64,000 nt of DNA from Myxococcota bacterium. GTDB lineage: Bacteria > Myxococcota_A > SURF-8. Below the pieces are notes generated by a model. That model saw only the letters and a program-made list of their open reading frames with translations. It had not been told where the DNA came from and did not search any database. Made by a program: the position numbers and the translations under genes. Of this stretch, positions 24,785-34,180 are shown in pieces. Each line of letters opens with the position of its first letter. The stretch's first letter is position 1. The DNA lies in NCBI GenBank assembly GCA_965140415.1, contig OZ223209.1:3424001-3488000 (forward strand), in the 5' to 3' direction.

Positions 24785-27370
24785 ATGTTGACTCGATTTC
24801 TCCCCTTTTTAGAATGGTTTAAAGGGTACAATCTAGGCGCTCTTCGAGCAGACTTCCTAGCGGGCCTGACTGTTGCACTGGTTTTAATCCCCCAATCGAT
24901 GGCATACGCTCAGTTGGCAGGTCTTCCCGCCTATTATGGTTTGTACGCTTCGTTCTTGCCCCCTATGATAGCCGCCCTATTCGGCTCAAGCCGTCAACTG
25001 GCAACCGGACCAGTGGCAATTGTCTCATTGATGACAGCAGCAACGCTGGAACCTCTAGCCACAACAGGCAGCGAGGCATTCATCACTTATGCTGTTTTTC
25101 TTGCACTACTGGTCGGTCTGTTCCAGCTTTCCCTTGGTGTTTTGCGCTTGGGAGTTATCGTCAATTTCCTCTCCCATCCGGTTGTAATCGGTTTTACCAA
25201 TGCTGCGGCCATCATCATTGCAACCAGTCAGCTTTCAAAAATGTTCGGAGTGTCGGTTGATAAGGCCGAACACCATTACGAAACGATCTGGCGTGTACTT
25301 GTCGCCGCCTGGCATTTTACGCACTGGCCGACATTCATACTAGGTGTAATCGCCTTTGCGATTATGATCGTATTGAAGAAAATCAATCCCAAAATACCTT
25401 ATGTACTGGCAGCGGTTGTCGTTACAACCGTGATTTCCTGGATGATCGGACTGGAAAACAACCAGAAAATTTCGTTGGACCAAATCGATTCACAGGAAAT
25501 CCAACAGAAAATAGAGGTTTTCAACAAGGATATTAAAGACATCGAGCTAGCCTCCGAAGCCCGCGCCATCATCAATCCCCAAGTTGAAAAGCTGGAAACC
25601 TCGGGTTCCGCACAAGTCTGCATGACTTGCCATACCCAGCACGACGTCAATCTGGATCAGTTGCGAAGTGACACCCCGGTCCGCCTGGAAGAAACGGTAT
25701 TACCCAAAACAAGCATGCAACTACATGCAATGGCCGGACTTCTGGACAAACAGGTCGGTCAGTTAAAGGAAAAAGCATCCGAAGTCAGAACGGAATTACG
25801 CGATCTCGAATTCAAGAAAGTAGAATCAAACGGCTCTGTTCGATTCGCATTGTTCGATCAGGAAAACGATACGGGTACAATCTGGAGATTGAAAGTCGGA
25901 AACAAGCCGCTCGACTTGCAAAAACTGGTGTTTATCGGCGGAGGCGCCGTTGTCGGATCTATCCCCAGCGGTCTGCCAAAGCTTTCTCTTCCCAAATGGG
26001 ACTCTTCCGTTTTCGGAAGATTGTTTGTTGCAGCAATCATTATTTCGATTTTGGGCTTTATGGAAGCGATTTCGATCGCCAAAGCCATGGCGGCCAGAAC
26101 CGGTCAGCGCTTAGATCCTAATCAAGAATTGATCGGTCAGGGTATCGCCAACATTCTCGGTTCCTGCGGGCAGAGTTACGCCGTTTCCGGATCATTCTCA
26201 CGTTCCGCAGTCAACATTCAGGCAGGAGCGATTTCCGGGCTTTCCAGCGTATTCACTAGTAGTCTGGTCGTGATCGTGCTGCTATTCTTCACCCCACTGC
26301 TGTACTTCTTACCTCAATCCGTTCTCGCAGCGGTCATTATGATGGCTGTCGTGGGTCTGATCAACTTCAAGGGCGTCGTTCACGCCTACCGAGTCAAACG
26401 TTCAGACGGCATCATCAGCCTAATTTCTTTCGCTGCGACCTTGGTCTTTGCGCCACATCTCGACAAAGGCATTCTGATCGGCGTCATTTTATCGGTCGGC
26501 ATTTTCCTATACGGCAAGATGAAGCCAGTCGTCGCGGAACTGTCACTCTGGAAAGATGGTCATCTTCACAACGCAAAACGTTTGCGGCTTCAACAGTGCA
26601 AACACCTGGCGGTCATCCGCTTCGACGGTCCACTGTTCTTCGCCAATTCCAGTTACCTTGAAGATGAAGTCCTTGACCGGGTCCGCTCGTTGCCTGATTT
26701 GAAGGCGATTCTCTTCAAAGCAGACGGCATCAGCGAAATCGACGCATCCGGCGAAGATACGCTTTCCCTTTTGATCGAGCGTCTGCGTTCGGGTGGATAC
26801 GACGTCTACTTTGCAGGCTTGAACGAACGTGTCATTGATGCTCTACACCGCTCACACCTTTACGAACGTATTGGAGAGGATCATCTCTTCATGACCGTTA
26901 CACAGGCGGTAGAGGCGCTCTGGCCGAAATTGCATGAAAACTCAGATGAAAAAGCATGTCCTTTGCGTCAGGTTGTTTCTCTGGAACAAGAGATCAGCGA
27001 ACCTGCATTACGCGTGCTGCTCGTAGACGACGAAAAGGAATTCGTCGATACGTTAGCGAAACGGATGGGTCGACGCAATATGGATGTCGATGTGTGCTAC
27101 AACGGCACCGATGCTCTCCAGCATGTTCACGACAACGAGTATGACACCGTAATTCTGGATCTGAAACTCGGTAACGAACGCGGCGAGGATATCCTAATTA
27201 AAATGCAGGATATTCATCCCGGATTGTCCGTTATCCTTCTGACCGGACATGCAACGGTAGATTCCGCAGTCGAAGCCATGAAGCACGGCGCATACGACTA
27301 CCTACTGAAGCCATGCGAACTAGAGGAACTTGTCGCGAAAATTCGTCAGGCACACAGTGAAAAGCAATAG
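24785..27370 (+). CDS. SulP/SLC26 anion transporter with STAS domain, large loop insertion (CxxCH) and C-terminal receiver domain
   Basis: DFLAGLTVA, PQSMAYA, GSSRQLATGP, NQELIGQG, GSFSRSAVN, STAS (RFDGPLFFANS, IDASG), REC (VLLVDDE, ILD, LLTGH, LLKP). Confidence 0.92.
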   Translation: MLTRFLPFLEWFKGYNLGALRADFLAGLTVALVLIPQSMAYAQLAGLPAYYGLYASFLPPMIAALFGSSRQLATGPVAIVSLMTAATLEPLATTGSEAFITYAVFLALLVGLFQLSLGVLRLGVIVNFLSHPVVIGFTNAAAIIIATSQLSKMFGVSVDKAEHHYETIWRVLVAAWHFTHWPTFILGVIAFAIMIVLKKINPKIPYVLAAVVVTTVISWMIGLENNQKISLDQIDSQEIQQKIEVFNKDIKDIELASEARAIINPQVEKLETSGSAQVCMTCHTQHDVNLDQLRSDTPVRLEETVLPKTSMQLHAMAGLLDKQVGQLKEKASEVRTELRDLEFKKVESNGSVRFALFDQENDTGTIWRLKVGNKPLDLQKLVFIGGGAVVGSIPSGLPKLSLPKWDSSVFGRLFVAAIIISILGFMEAISIAKAMAARTGQRLDPNQELIGQGIANILGSCGQSYAVSGSFSRSAVNIQAGAISGLSSVFTSSLVVIVLLFFTPLLYFLPQSVLAAVIMMAVVGLINFKGVVHAYRVKRSDGIISLISFAATLVFAPHLDKGILIGVILSVGIFLYGKMKPVVAELSLWKDGHLHNAKRLRLQQCKHLAVIRFDGPLFFANSSYLEDEVLDRVRSLPDLKAILFKADGISEIDASGEDTLSLLIERLRSGGYDVYFAGLNERVIDALHRSHLYERIGEDHLFMTVTQAVEALWPKLHENSDEKACPLRQVVSLEQEISEPALRVLLVDDEKEFVDTLAKRMGRRNMDVDVCYNGTDALQHVHDNEYDTVILDLKLGNERGEDILIKMQDIHPGLSVILLTGHATVDSAVEAMKHGAYDYLLKPCELEELVAKIRQAHSEKQ

Positions 27371-27428
27371 GTGAAAAAGAAACGGGATCTTATTGGTTTT
27401 TTCAGAAGTTTATGTCTTCATACAAGAT

Positions 27429-27452
27429 CGAGCGGGATTGCAATCCCGCTCG
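27429..27452. repeat. Perfect 24-bp palindrome between convergent genes (REP-like element or terminator)
   Basis: CGAGCGGGATTG|CAATCCCGCTCG. Confidence 0.7.
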
Positions 27453-27527
27453 TATCATTTCCAATCAGGACGCAATCCAGCATCCACCACCGTGATCTGA
27501 TAATGGCAAGGGTTAGAACATCATTAA

Positions 27528-29357
27528 CTACACTTGCTGTTTGGTAGGCAAGTCCAAGTGAAAGCGAGTAAATTCCCCCATGCGACTCTCAACAGAGAGA
27601 GCACCGTGGTGTTCTCTGACAATTCCAAAGCTGACAGACAATCCGAGTCCAGTTCCTTTATCTTTCGGTTTTGTGGTGAAAAATGCATCGAAGATTTTCG
27701 ACTGAATTTCTTCAGAAATGCCCGTTCCATTATCTTCTACTGTCGTGCGTATCAGCGCTTCATTATTCGTTTCAATTTTAGAAACAGTGATGAGAATCCG
27801 TTTGATTCCATCTTGTTGACCATATCGAGTGTTCAAAGAATCACGGGCATTGGTCATCAAATTCACCAAAACCTGCTGAATTTGCGAGGCACGACAAAAA
27901 ACGATAGGGGATGTACACTGGAGTGAATTTTCTACTTGTATCCCACTTTTTCTGATTGCATTTTGCATCAACGACAAAGCTGCTTCAACGATCTCTCCCA
28001 TATCGACAGCACTAGGTGGATCTTTATCCACACGCGAAAATGAAAGGAAATTTCGGCTAATTGACTCTATTCGCCTGCTTTCCAGAACAATTTCATTACC
28101 ATAGCGCCCCAATGGACTATCTGCGCTCGCTTTTTTCGTAATCAATTGAGCATAGTTTAAAATAGAATTGATCGGGTTATTGATCTCATGAGACACACCG
28201 CTTGCCAGTTCTCCAATCGTCTCCAATTTCTGTTTTTGACGAAGTTGCTCCTCGACTAAGCGTAAATCCTCTTCCGCTTGAATTCTACGGCTGATATCCC
28301 GTACGAATACGAAAACGACCTCCTCATTTTCCAGTTTGGCAAACTGAGTATTGACTTCCGTTGGGAACACGGAGCCATCTTTACGTCTTCCCTGTGCTTC
28401 CACATAAATGCGTCCGGTTGTGACATGTTGATCCATGATGTCGCTAAAGTTTTGTGCGACCTGTTCAGGCACCAACAGCTTGGCAGATAAACCAACTAGT
28501 TCTGACTTATTGTAACCGTGCATTTCACATGCTGCGATATTGCAATCAATGATCGTTCCATCAATCGTTTCTAAAAAGACACCGTCTTTGGAAGTGTTGA
28601 ATAATGTTCTGTAACGTTCTTCAGACTTTCTCAGATTCTTTTCCTGATCTCTACGAGAAAGCTCGGCATCGATCAATTCACGCTTGATTCGAGTCTGGCG
28701 ACGTTCATAGCTGAAAAAGATGAGACCAACGACCAAAAGGATAAACGATGCGAAAATGATTAAGCCGATATGTATGAGGTCAGAATCGCGTCTGTTATCA
28801 ACAACGGATTGATTCACCTTTTCCGATATCGCATGTATGCGGTTCCGGATCGAATCAAACACGATTTTGCACTTTATATCTATGCTTTTAAGATCTTGCT
28901 TTTGCTTGATATTCTTGATCTTTTCATCAACCAGCAAGCGAAATTCTTTCAAGTCAGAAAGAATCACCTCAACATCATTTGCCGTTGCTGTAGCAGTTGC
29001 TGAAAACAAACCGAAATACTTGGATGTCAGAGCTTGATGCAGCAGCTTGACGTTCCACTCCACTTCATCGAGAATTAAGCCTACTTCATCATCATTTTCA
29101 TCTACATTCTTCTCCACCAACGAGACAGTTCGTTGTATTTCGTCTAGCCGATAAATGGCTTCATAGGTGGCTTGAAGCGCCGTAACATTTCGAGTTGTAG
29201 CAGATAACCCCAAAAACCAACTGCCGAGGAAGATGCCGAAAAGGATCACGGCAAACAAAAAGAAAATCAGATAAACAGACCAGGGAAAAGAAGATGAAAC
29301 GTTATCTGTAATTGTCGTATTTCGCTGTTTCATGGCACTCCAGCAACAAAACCTCAA
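27528..29357 (-). CDS. Membrane PAS-domain sensor histidine kinase
   Basis: Two TMs, PAS (CNIAACEMHGY, RRKDGSVFPTEV, VRDIS), SHEINNP, NLMTNA, DNGTGI, FFTTK, GTGLGL. True start may be a few codons downstream (MKQRN). Confidence 0.92.
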   Translation of the reverse strand: MRFCCWSAMKQRNTTITDNVSSSFPWSVYLIFFLFAVILFGIFLGSWFLGLSATTRNVTALQATYEAIYRLDEIQRTVSLVEKNVDENDDEVGLILDEVEWNVKLLHQALTSKYFGLFSATATATANDVEVILSDLKEFRLLVDEKIKNIKQKQDLKSIDIKCKIVFDSIRNRIHAISEKVNQSVVDNRRDSDLIHIGLIIFASFILLVVGLIFFSYERRQTRIKRELIDAELSRRDQEKNLRKSEERYRTLFNTSKDGVFLETIDGTIIDCNIAACEMHGYNKSELVGLSAKLLVPEQVAQNFSDIMDQHVTTGRIYVEAQGRRKDGSVFPTEVNTQFAKLENEEVVFVFVRDISRRIQAEEDLRLVEEQLRQKQKLETIGELASGVSHEINNPINSILNYAQLITKKASADSPLGRYGNEIVLESRRIESISRNFLSFSRVDKDPPSAVDMGEIVEAALSLMQNAIRKSGIQVENSLQCTSPIVFCRASQIQQVLVNLMTNARDSLNTRYGQQDGIKRILITVSKIETNNEALIRTTVEDNGTGISEEIQSKIFDAFFTTKPKDKGTGLGLSVSFGIVREHHGALSVESRMGEFTRFHLDLPTKQQV

Positions 29358-29560
29358 TGGGTTTGGAATTGCTACTTTACTTTTTACGCATGATGAGTTC
29401 TTGCCCGCAATTATCTCAAAGATGCTAATCGAGATTTACAGTATTGTCAAACATCTTGGAACTGGCACACAATGATAGCCAAAAGTTATTATTCATTTCC
29501 TTGTCGCAAACATTATGAGGCCAATACTTACATCACACGTATCTTTGTCTACTAAAATCG

Positions 29561-29589
29561 TTGACCTATGTTGCGCTCAATGGTAGCTT
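29561..29589 (+). promoter_or_regulatory. sigma70-type promoter of the envelope-modification operon
   Basis: TTGACC-N17-TAGCTT with TG before the -10; RBS GGAGG and ATG 29633 follow. Confidence 0.5.
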
Positions 29590-29632
29590 ACAAAATCTTT
29601 TTCCTTGCCGTGATTCCTCACATGGAGGTCAA

Positions 29633-32011
29633 ATGGAGCATCGAGCGAATTTATACATCGGCATTCTGCTGATTTCTCTAGCGACGTTGGCGCTGGAAAT
29701 TTTACAAGTACGCATTTTCTCCGTAATGCTGTGGCATCACCTTGCCTATATGGTGATTACCGTTACACTTTTAGGCTTCGGTGCAGCAGGAGCATATGTC
29801 GCTGTCAAAGGAACGGGAGGAGAAGAGCGAGTGCGCAGCCGGGCGGCCTGGTCGGCTTTGCTGGCCTCATTAACCACTCTGGTCGGATTTACCGCTGTTA
29901 CGCGCATTCCACTGGATACCTATATGGTTTCTTCTTCCCTTCAATTGAGCTTTATCTTTTTGTACTACGCCTTTCTTATTTTCCCCTATTTCTTCATGGC
30001 GTTAACAATTACGTTACTGCTCAGTCACTACTCATCGATCGTTCACCGCTTATATTTCTGGAACCTGATCGGTTCTGCTATCGGTTGTCTGGCATTCCTG
30101 GCGTTCCTGTACACGCTTGGGGGTGAAGCTTCCGTATTGGCGATTGCCGCAATTGCCGCACTAGCGGCAGTTGTCCTGTTCCCGAAACAAGAAAAACGCA
30201 ACCTGGCGATTTCAGTCGCAACTGTCGTATTGATGCTGGTCCTGATTCCGGTAGCGGGAAAAATCATCACGGTCCGCCCTGCCCCATCCAAAGCATTGGG
30301 CATGTTTATGGCGAACACGCCCGACTTGAAAATTGAAAGCACGCAATGGGATCCGGTGGCGCGCATCGACATCATCAGTTCGCCATCCTTTAAAGATCTG
30401 CTCAAATACCACGATGCAGAAGTAAAGAAGATTTTCACCATCGACGGAGATGCCTACACTTTCGTTTTCGATCCGCACCGCCCCTATCCGGAAGTAAAGG
30501 AACTGGGAAAATCCTTATACGGTTCGGCCTATTTCCTGAAAAACAAGCCTAAAGTCGCCATTATCGGTTTAGGTGGTACAACCGACATTATGACGGCTTT
30601 GCATTTCCAATCCCGTGAAATCACCGGGGTTGAAATCAATCAGGCGATGATCGATGCTGCCAATTTCGTATTTAAAGACAATCCCTACCACCCCTATAAA
30701 GATCCTTCCGTAACCATCGTTCACCAAGAAGGTCGTTCGTTCCTGCGCCGCTCAAACGAAACCTACGACATCATTCAAATGTCCGGCGTCGACACCTGGT
30801 CCGCTCTTTCCACCGGAGCTTACGTTCTTTCGGAGAACTATCTGTATACGAGGGAAGCCTTCCAGGAATATTACAGCCATCTCAGTGATAACGGTATCTT
30901 GTGCATGATCCGCTGGATCTTCGATCCGCCCCGCGAGTGCCTGCGACTCGTGACCGTGCAATCCAACCTGTTAAAAGACATGGGCTATCGGATGCCCTGG
31001 AATCACTTTGTGGTACTAAAACAAGGGTTATTGGCATCGGTACTGACGAAAGTCTCTCCTTTTACTAAAGGCGAAATTCAAAACCTGAAACGCCTTCTAG
31101 CGGACAAACCCGAAATCTCTTTGATGTATGCTCCAGGCGAACAGGGCCAGAACCCCTTCTACCGCTATTTCGGAGCCATGAAAGCGGATCGCGGAAACGC
31201 TTTCATCGACTTATACCCGTTCAAACTGGATACGGTAACGGATGATCGTCCCTTCTTCTTCGAATTTTACAAATGGCAGGACATGTTCAAGTCGTTCTTC
31301 GGGCAGGGTGGTTACTTGGCAGCAGCCAGCCCAATCGGCTACATCATTCTCGTGCTTTCGCTAAGCCAGGCTTTCCTTTTCGGCTGTCTATTCATTCTGT
31401 TACCACTCTGGCGTTTCAAACGTAACGGTTTGTCGTTGGAAGGTTCAGGTCGCGTGATCGTCTTCTTCTCTGCTCTAGGACTGGGATTCATGTTCGTTGA
31501 AGTAGCGCTGATGCAAAAGTTTGTCCTGTTCCTGGGACATCCCACCTACTCCATCGCCGTGACCCTGTTCTCGTTACTGGTATTTAGCGGTATTGGATCG
31601 ATGATCGCAGGTAAACTCAAGATTGCACCGAAAAAACTCATTTTGTTTTCCATCATGGCTGTTTCAGCTATCGTGATTCTATACAGCATCATCCTTACCC
31701 CCTTCTTCAACACCGCATTGGGCCAGCCAATCGTCCTGCGCATGCTGATTTCGATTCTGGTTCTCGCGCCTTTGGGGGTAGCGATGGGTATGCCGTTCCC
31801 AACCGGTATTTCCTTTATCGGTACACGCTCACAGGCTTTTGTCCCCTGGGCTTTCGGCATTAACGGCGTTGCAAGCGTTGTCGCCTCGATCCTTTGTATT
31901 ATCGTTGCGTTGTCGGCAGGATTTACCACCGTGTTATACACGGCGGTAGCAATATATCTAGTTGGAGGCTTTTTGCTGTATACTCTGCCAGAAACGAATG
32001 GAAGGCATTAA
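29633..32011 (+). CDS. Polytopic membrane protein with central spermidine-synthase-like (class I SAM-dependent) domain
   Basis: TM block, then VAIIGLGG / ITGVEIN / EGRSFL / YDIIQ / LYTREAF / TDDRPFF, then a second TM block (LGLGFMFVE, MGMPFPTG, WAFGING). Confidence 0.78.
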   Translation: MEHRANLYIGILLISLATLALEILQVRIFSVMLWHHLAYMVITVTLLGFGAAGAYVAVKGTGGEERVRSRAAWSALLASLTTLVGFTAVTRIPLDTYMVSSSLQLSFIFLYYAFLIFPYFFMALTITLLLSHYSSIVHRLYFWNLIGSAIGCLAFLAFLYTLGGEASVLAIAAIAALAAVVLFPKQEKRNLAISVATVVLMLVLIPVAGKIITVRPAPSKALGMFMANTPDLKIESTQWDPVARIDIISSPSFKDLLKYHDAEVKKIFTIDGDAYTFVFDPHRPYPEVKELGKSLYGSAYFLKNKPKVAIIGLGGTTDIMTALHFQSREITGVEINQAMIDAANFVFKDNPYHPYKDPSVTIVHQEGRSFLRRSNETYDIIQMSGVDTWSALSTGAYVLSENYLYTREAFQEYYSHLSDNGILCMIRWIFDPPRECLRLVTVQSNLLKDMGYRMPWNHFVVLKQGLLASVLTKVSPFTKGEIQNLKRLLADKPEISLMYAPGEQGQNPFYRYFGAMKADRGNAFIDLYPFKLDTVTDDRPFFFEFYKWQDMFKSFFGQGGYLAAASPIGYIILVLSLSQAFLFGCLFILLPLWRFKRNGLSLEGSGRVIVFFSALGLGFMFVEVALMQKFVLFLGHPTYSIAVTLFSLLVFSGIGSMIAGKLKIAPKKLILFSIMAVSAIVILYSIILTPFFNTALGQPIVLRMLISILVLAPLGVAMGMPFPTGISFIGTRSQAFVPWAFGINGVASVVASILCIIVALSAGFTTVLYTAVAIYLVGGFLLYTLPETNGRH

Positions 32012-32032
32012 TCAGCACGAGCGGAGAGGTTT

Positions 32033-34177
32033 GTGTCCAGAACGCGACTCGCATTAACGATTCTGCTGTACGTGATCGGTGTCGCGTTCATCTTCGACTG
32101 GCGCCCATACGAACCTCTGCTGGTTTTCTTTCCACGACCGCAGTTGCTAGCCCTGCTGTTCGTTCTGATTCTGGTGCTGACCTACGATCCACTTTCGGAT
32201 TTCTACAATAAAATCATCTCACTTCCAGCAAAGTACTGGTTGGGATTTTGTGGATTGACCACGCTGTCAATTACCACCTACATTGCATTCATTCCTTTAG
32301 AAGGGATCCCGCATTCACCGGACGACATCTGCTATCTTTGGCAGGCCAGAACATTTACGACAGGTCATTTATTTACACAAAGCCATGATTTAAAAGAGTT
32401 TTTCCATACCATCTTTTTCGTCAACGATGGTCGTTGGTATTCGCTTTTTCAACCTGGCTGGCCATTGTTTTTAACTCTTGGGGTTTGGATCGGTTTACCG
32501 AACCTCATCAATCCCATTCTCACCGCAGTCGCAACCATCCTGCTCTACCCGATCGGTCGCCGCGTATTTTCGGACCAAACCGCCAAACTCGCCATGCTGA
32601 TGTTTGCCGTCGCGCCCATGCATGTCGGAATCGGGAGCACCCTGCTCTCCCACAGTTTCTCATTGGTCCTAACCGAAATCATTGCGCTGATGATCCTGAT
32701 CTTATGGGATGGCGGTAAGCTTTATCACAGTCTGATCTTGGGTTTAGCCCTGGGTTGGCTGTTTGCCACTCGCGGCATGAACGGTTTTGTTACCGTCATT
32801 CTGGTTGGCATTGTACTATCCATATTCCTTTATCAGAAGCGAATCCCATGGACGTATGTCTTGTGGGTCATGATCATCAGTGCAGGATGTTTCTTTGCAC
32901 AAATGGCCTACAACCATGCTCTGACGGGAAACGCCTTGTACTGGCCGCAAGATCGCTATTTCGACCAGATCGAACCGAAAAAAGACTGTCATAAACCGGG
33001 TTTCGGCAAACAAGTAGGCTGTCCGATTACTCATCCTGGAGAAGATTTCCCACAAGGCTTCACTCCCATTGATGCCTTGCATGTCACCCATACTCGACTT
33101 GGAACGTTTTTACTGACCTTGCTGGGCTGGAATGCCATTTTCCTGTTTATCGGTTTTCCCTTCTTTTCCTCCCGTGGAGGATGGAAGAAAACCTTTTTGC
33201 TGTCTATTTTCCTGTCTTTGCTTATTGGATATTTCTGCTTTTATTTTCATGGGTTATGGGGACGATACTATTATGAATCCTCCTTTGCCTTATTTCTCCT
33301 GATTGCAGCCGGAATCGAACGAAGTCATGAGTTTATGGTGGCTCGAACTCGGTTCCGATCGCATTATTGTCACCGTTTCGCTCGTGCTGCAATTCCGGCA
33401 ATGGGTCTTAGCTATTTTGCCCTGATTGTCATTTTCTTTATGCCCCTGATGTTCGGGGTGTTGGGAAAATCGTTTATGGGTGTAGACAATCGCCTGGAAC
33501 GGATGCGGGACCAGATTCCACCCAAAAGCATTGTCATCATGCAAGATAGTTATCCGCTTGGTTTTCTGCTGCTTGACCCGATGCTTACAACAGACCGTAT
33601 TTTCGTAAAAGATCTGCTGCGACAGAACCGCCAATTGATGCAGTACTACCCGGATTATCACTTCTTCCGATACAGCATCGCGGATGGCACGATTCACGAA
33701 TTGCCCGTCAACAGCAATCCCTCACCAGTCTACCTGGAGGGAGAATACAAATTCCCAATCGCATCCAGTTCCGGAGAACATGCCTATGTCGACTTCTTCA
33801 CCGGAGACAATGGAGAAACGCCCTCCGGTAAAATGGTGCTGACCTTCCCAGCCAAAGGTCCAGGCTCTTATTATGAATTTCAACAGTACATCTTCAAATC
33901 CGGGCACTACAAGGTTCAAGCGACCTTGTCCGTCGGTCCGAATCACGGCATTATTTCGATTCTGCATGACAACCAGATCCTTCTGAAAGATCGCGACTGC
34001 TATTCCCCCAAGCGTTCTTTAAAACTCATGATGCAAAAAACCGAATCTCAAATATACTTGGAAAAAGGACTACATACCTTCAGAGTTAAAGTAACGGGTA
34101 AAGCGAAAGGATCAACCGGCTACAATTCCGGTCTGGATCGAATGCTGCTACTGCTTCAAAAGGAAAAAGGCAAATAG
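32033..34177 (+). CDS. GT-C fold (ArnT/PMT-like) membrane glycosyltransferase with C-terminal beta-rich (CBM-like) domain
   Basis: PDDICY.WQA acidic motif after an early TM, FQPGWP, about 12 TMs, RYYYE, C-terminal LEGE...LEKGLHTFRV...LDRM. Confidence 0.7.
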   Translation: MSRTRLALTILLYVIGVAFIFDWRPYEPLLVFFPRPQLLALLFVLILVLTYDPLSDFYNKIISLPAKYWLGFCGLTTLSITTYIAFIPLEGIPHSPDDICYLWQARTFTTGHLFTQSHDLKEFFHTIFFVNDGRWYSLFQPGWPLFLTLGVWIGLPNLINPILTAVATILLYPIGRRVFSDQTAKLAMLMFAVAPMHVGIGSTLLSHSFSLVLTEIIALMILILWDGGKLYHSLILGLALGWLFATRGMNGFVTVILVGIVLSIFLYQKRIPWTYVLWVMIISAGCFFAQMAYNHALTGNALYWPQDRYFDQIEPKKDCHKPGFGKQVGCPITHPGEDFPQGFTPIDALHVTHTRLGTFLLTLLGWNAIFLFIGFPFFSSRGGWKKTFLLSIFLSLLIGYFCFYFHGLWGRYYYESSFALFLLIAAGIERSHEFMVARTRFRSHYCHRFARAAIPAMGLSYFALIVIFFMPLMFGVLGKSFMGVDNRLERMRDQIPPKSIVIMQDSYPLGFLLLDPMLTTDRIFVKDLLRQNRQLMQYYPDYHFFRYSIADGTIHELPVNSNPSPVYLEGEYKFPIASSSGEHAYVDFFTGDNGETPSGKMVLTFPAKGPGSYYEFQQYIFKSGHYKVQATLSVGPNHGIISILHDNQILLKDRDCYSPKRSLKLMMQKTESQIYLEKGLHTFRVKVTGKAKGSTGYNSGLDRMLLLLQKEKGK

Positions 34178-34180
34178 CAT

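Noticed and set aside
20146-27370. Similar DNA stretches encoding VLLVDDEK(D/E)F..TL.ERLE as a repeat element
   Set aside because: They are explained by paralogous receiver domains, not a nucleotide repeat array.
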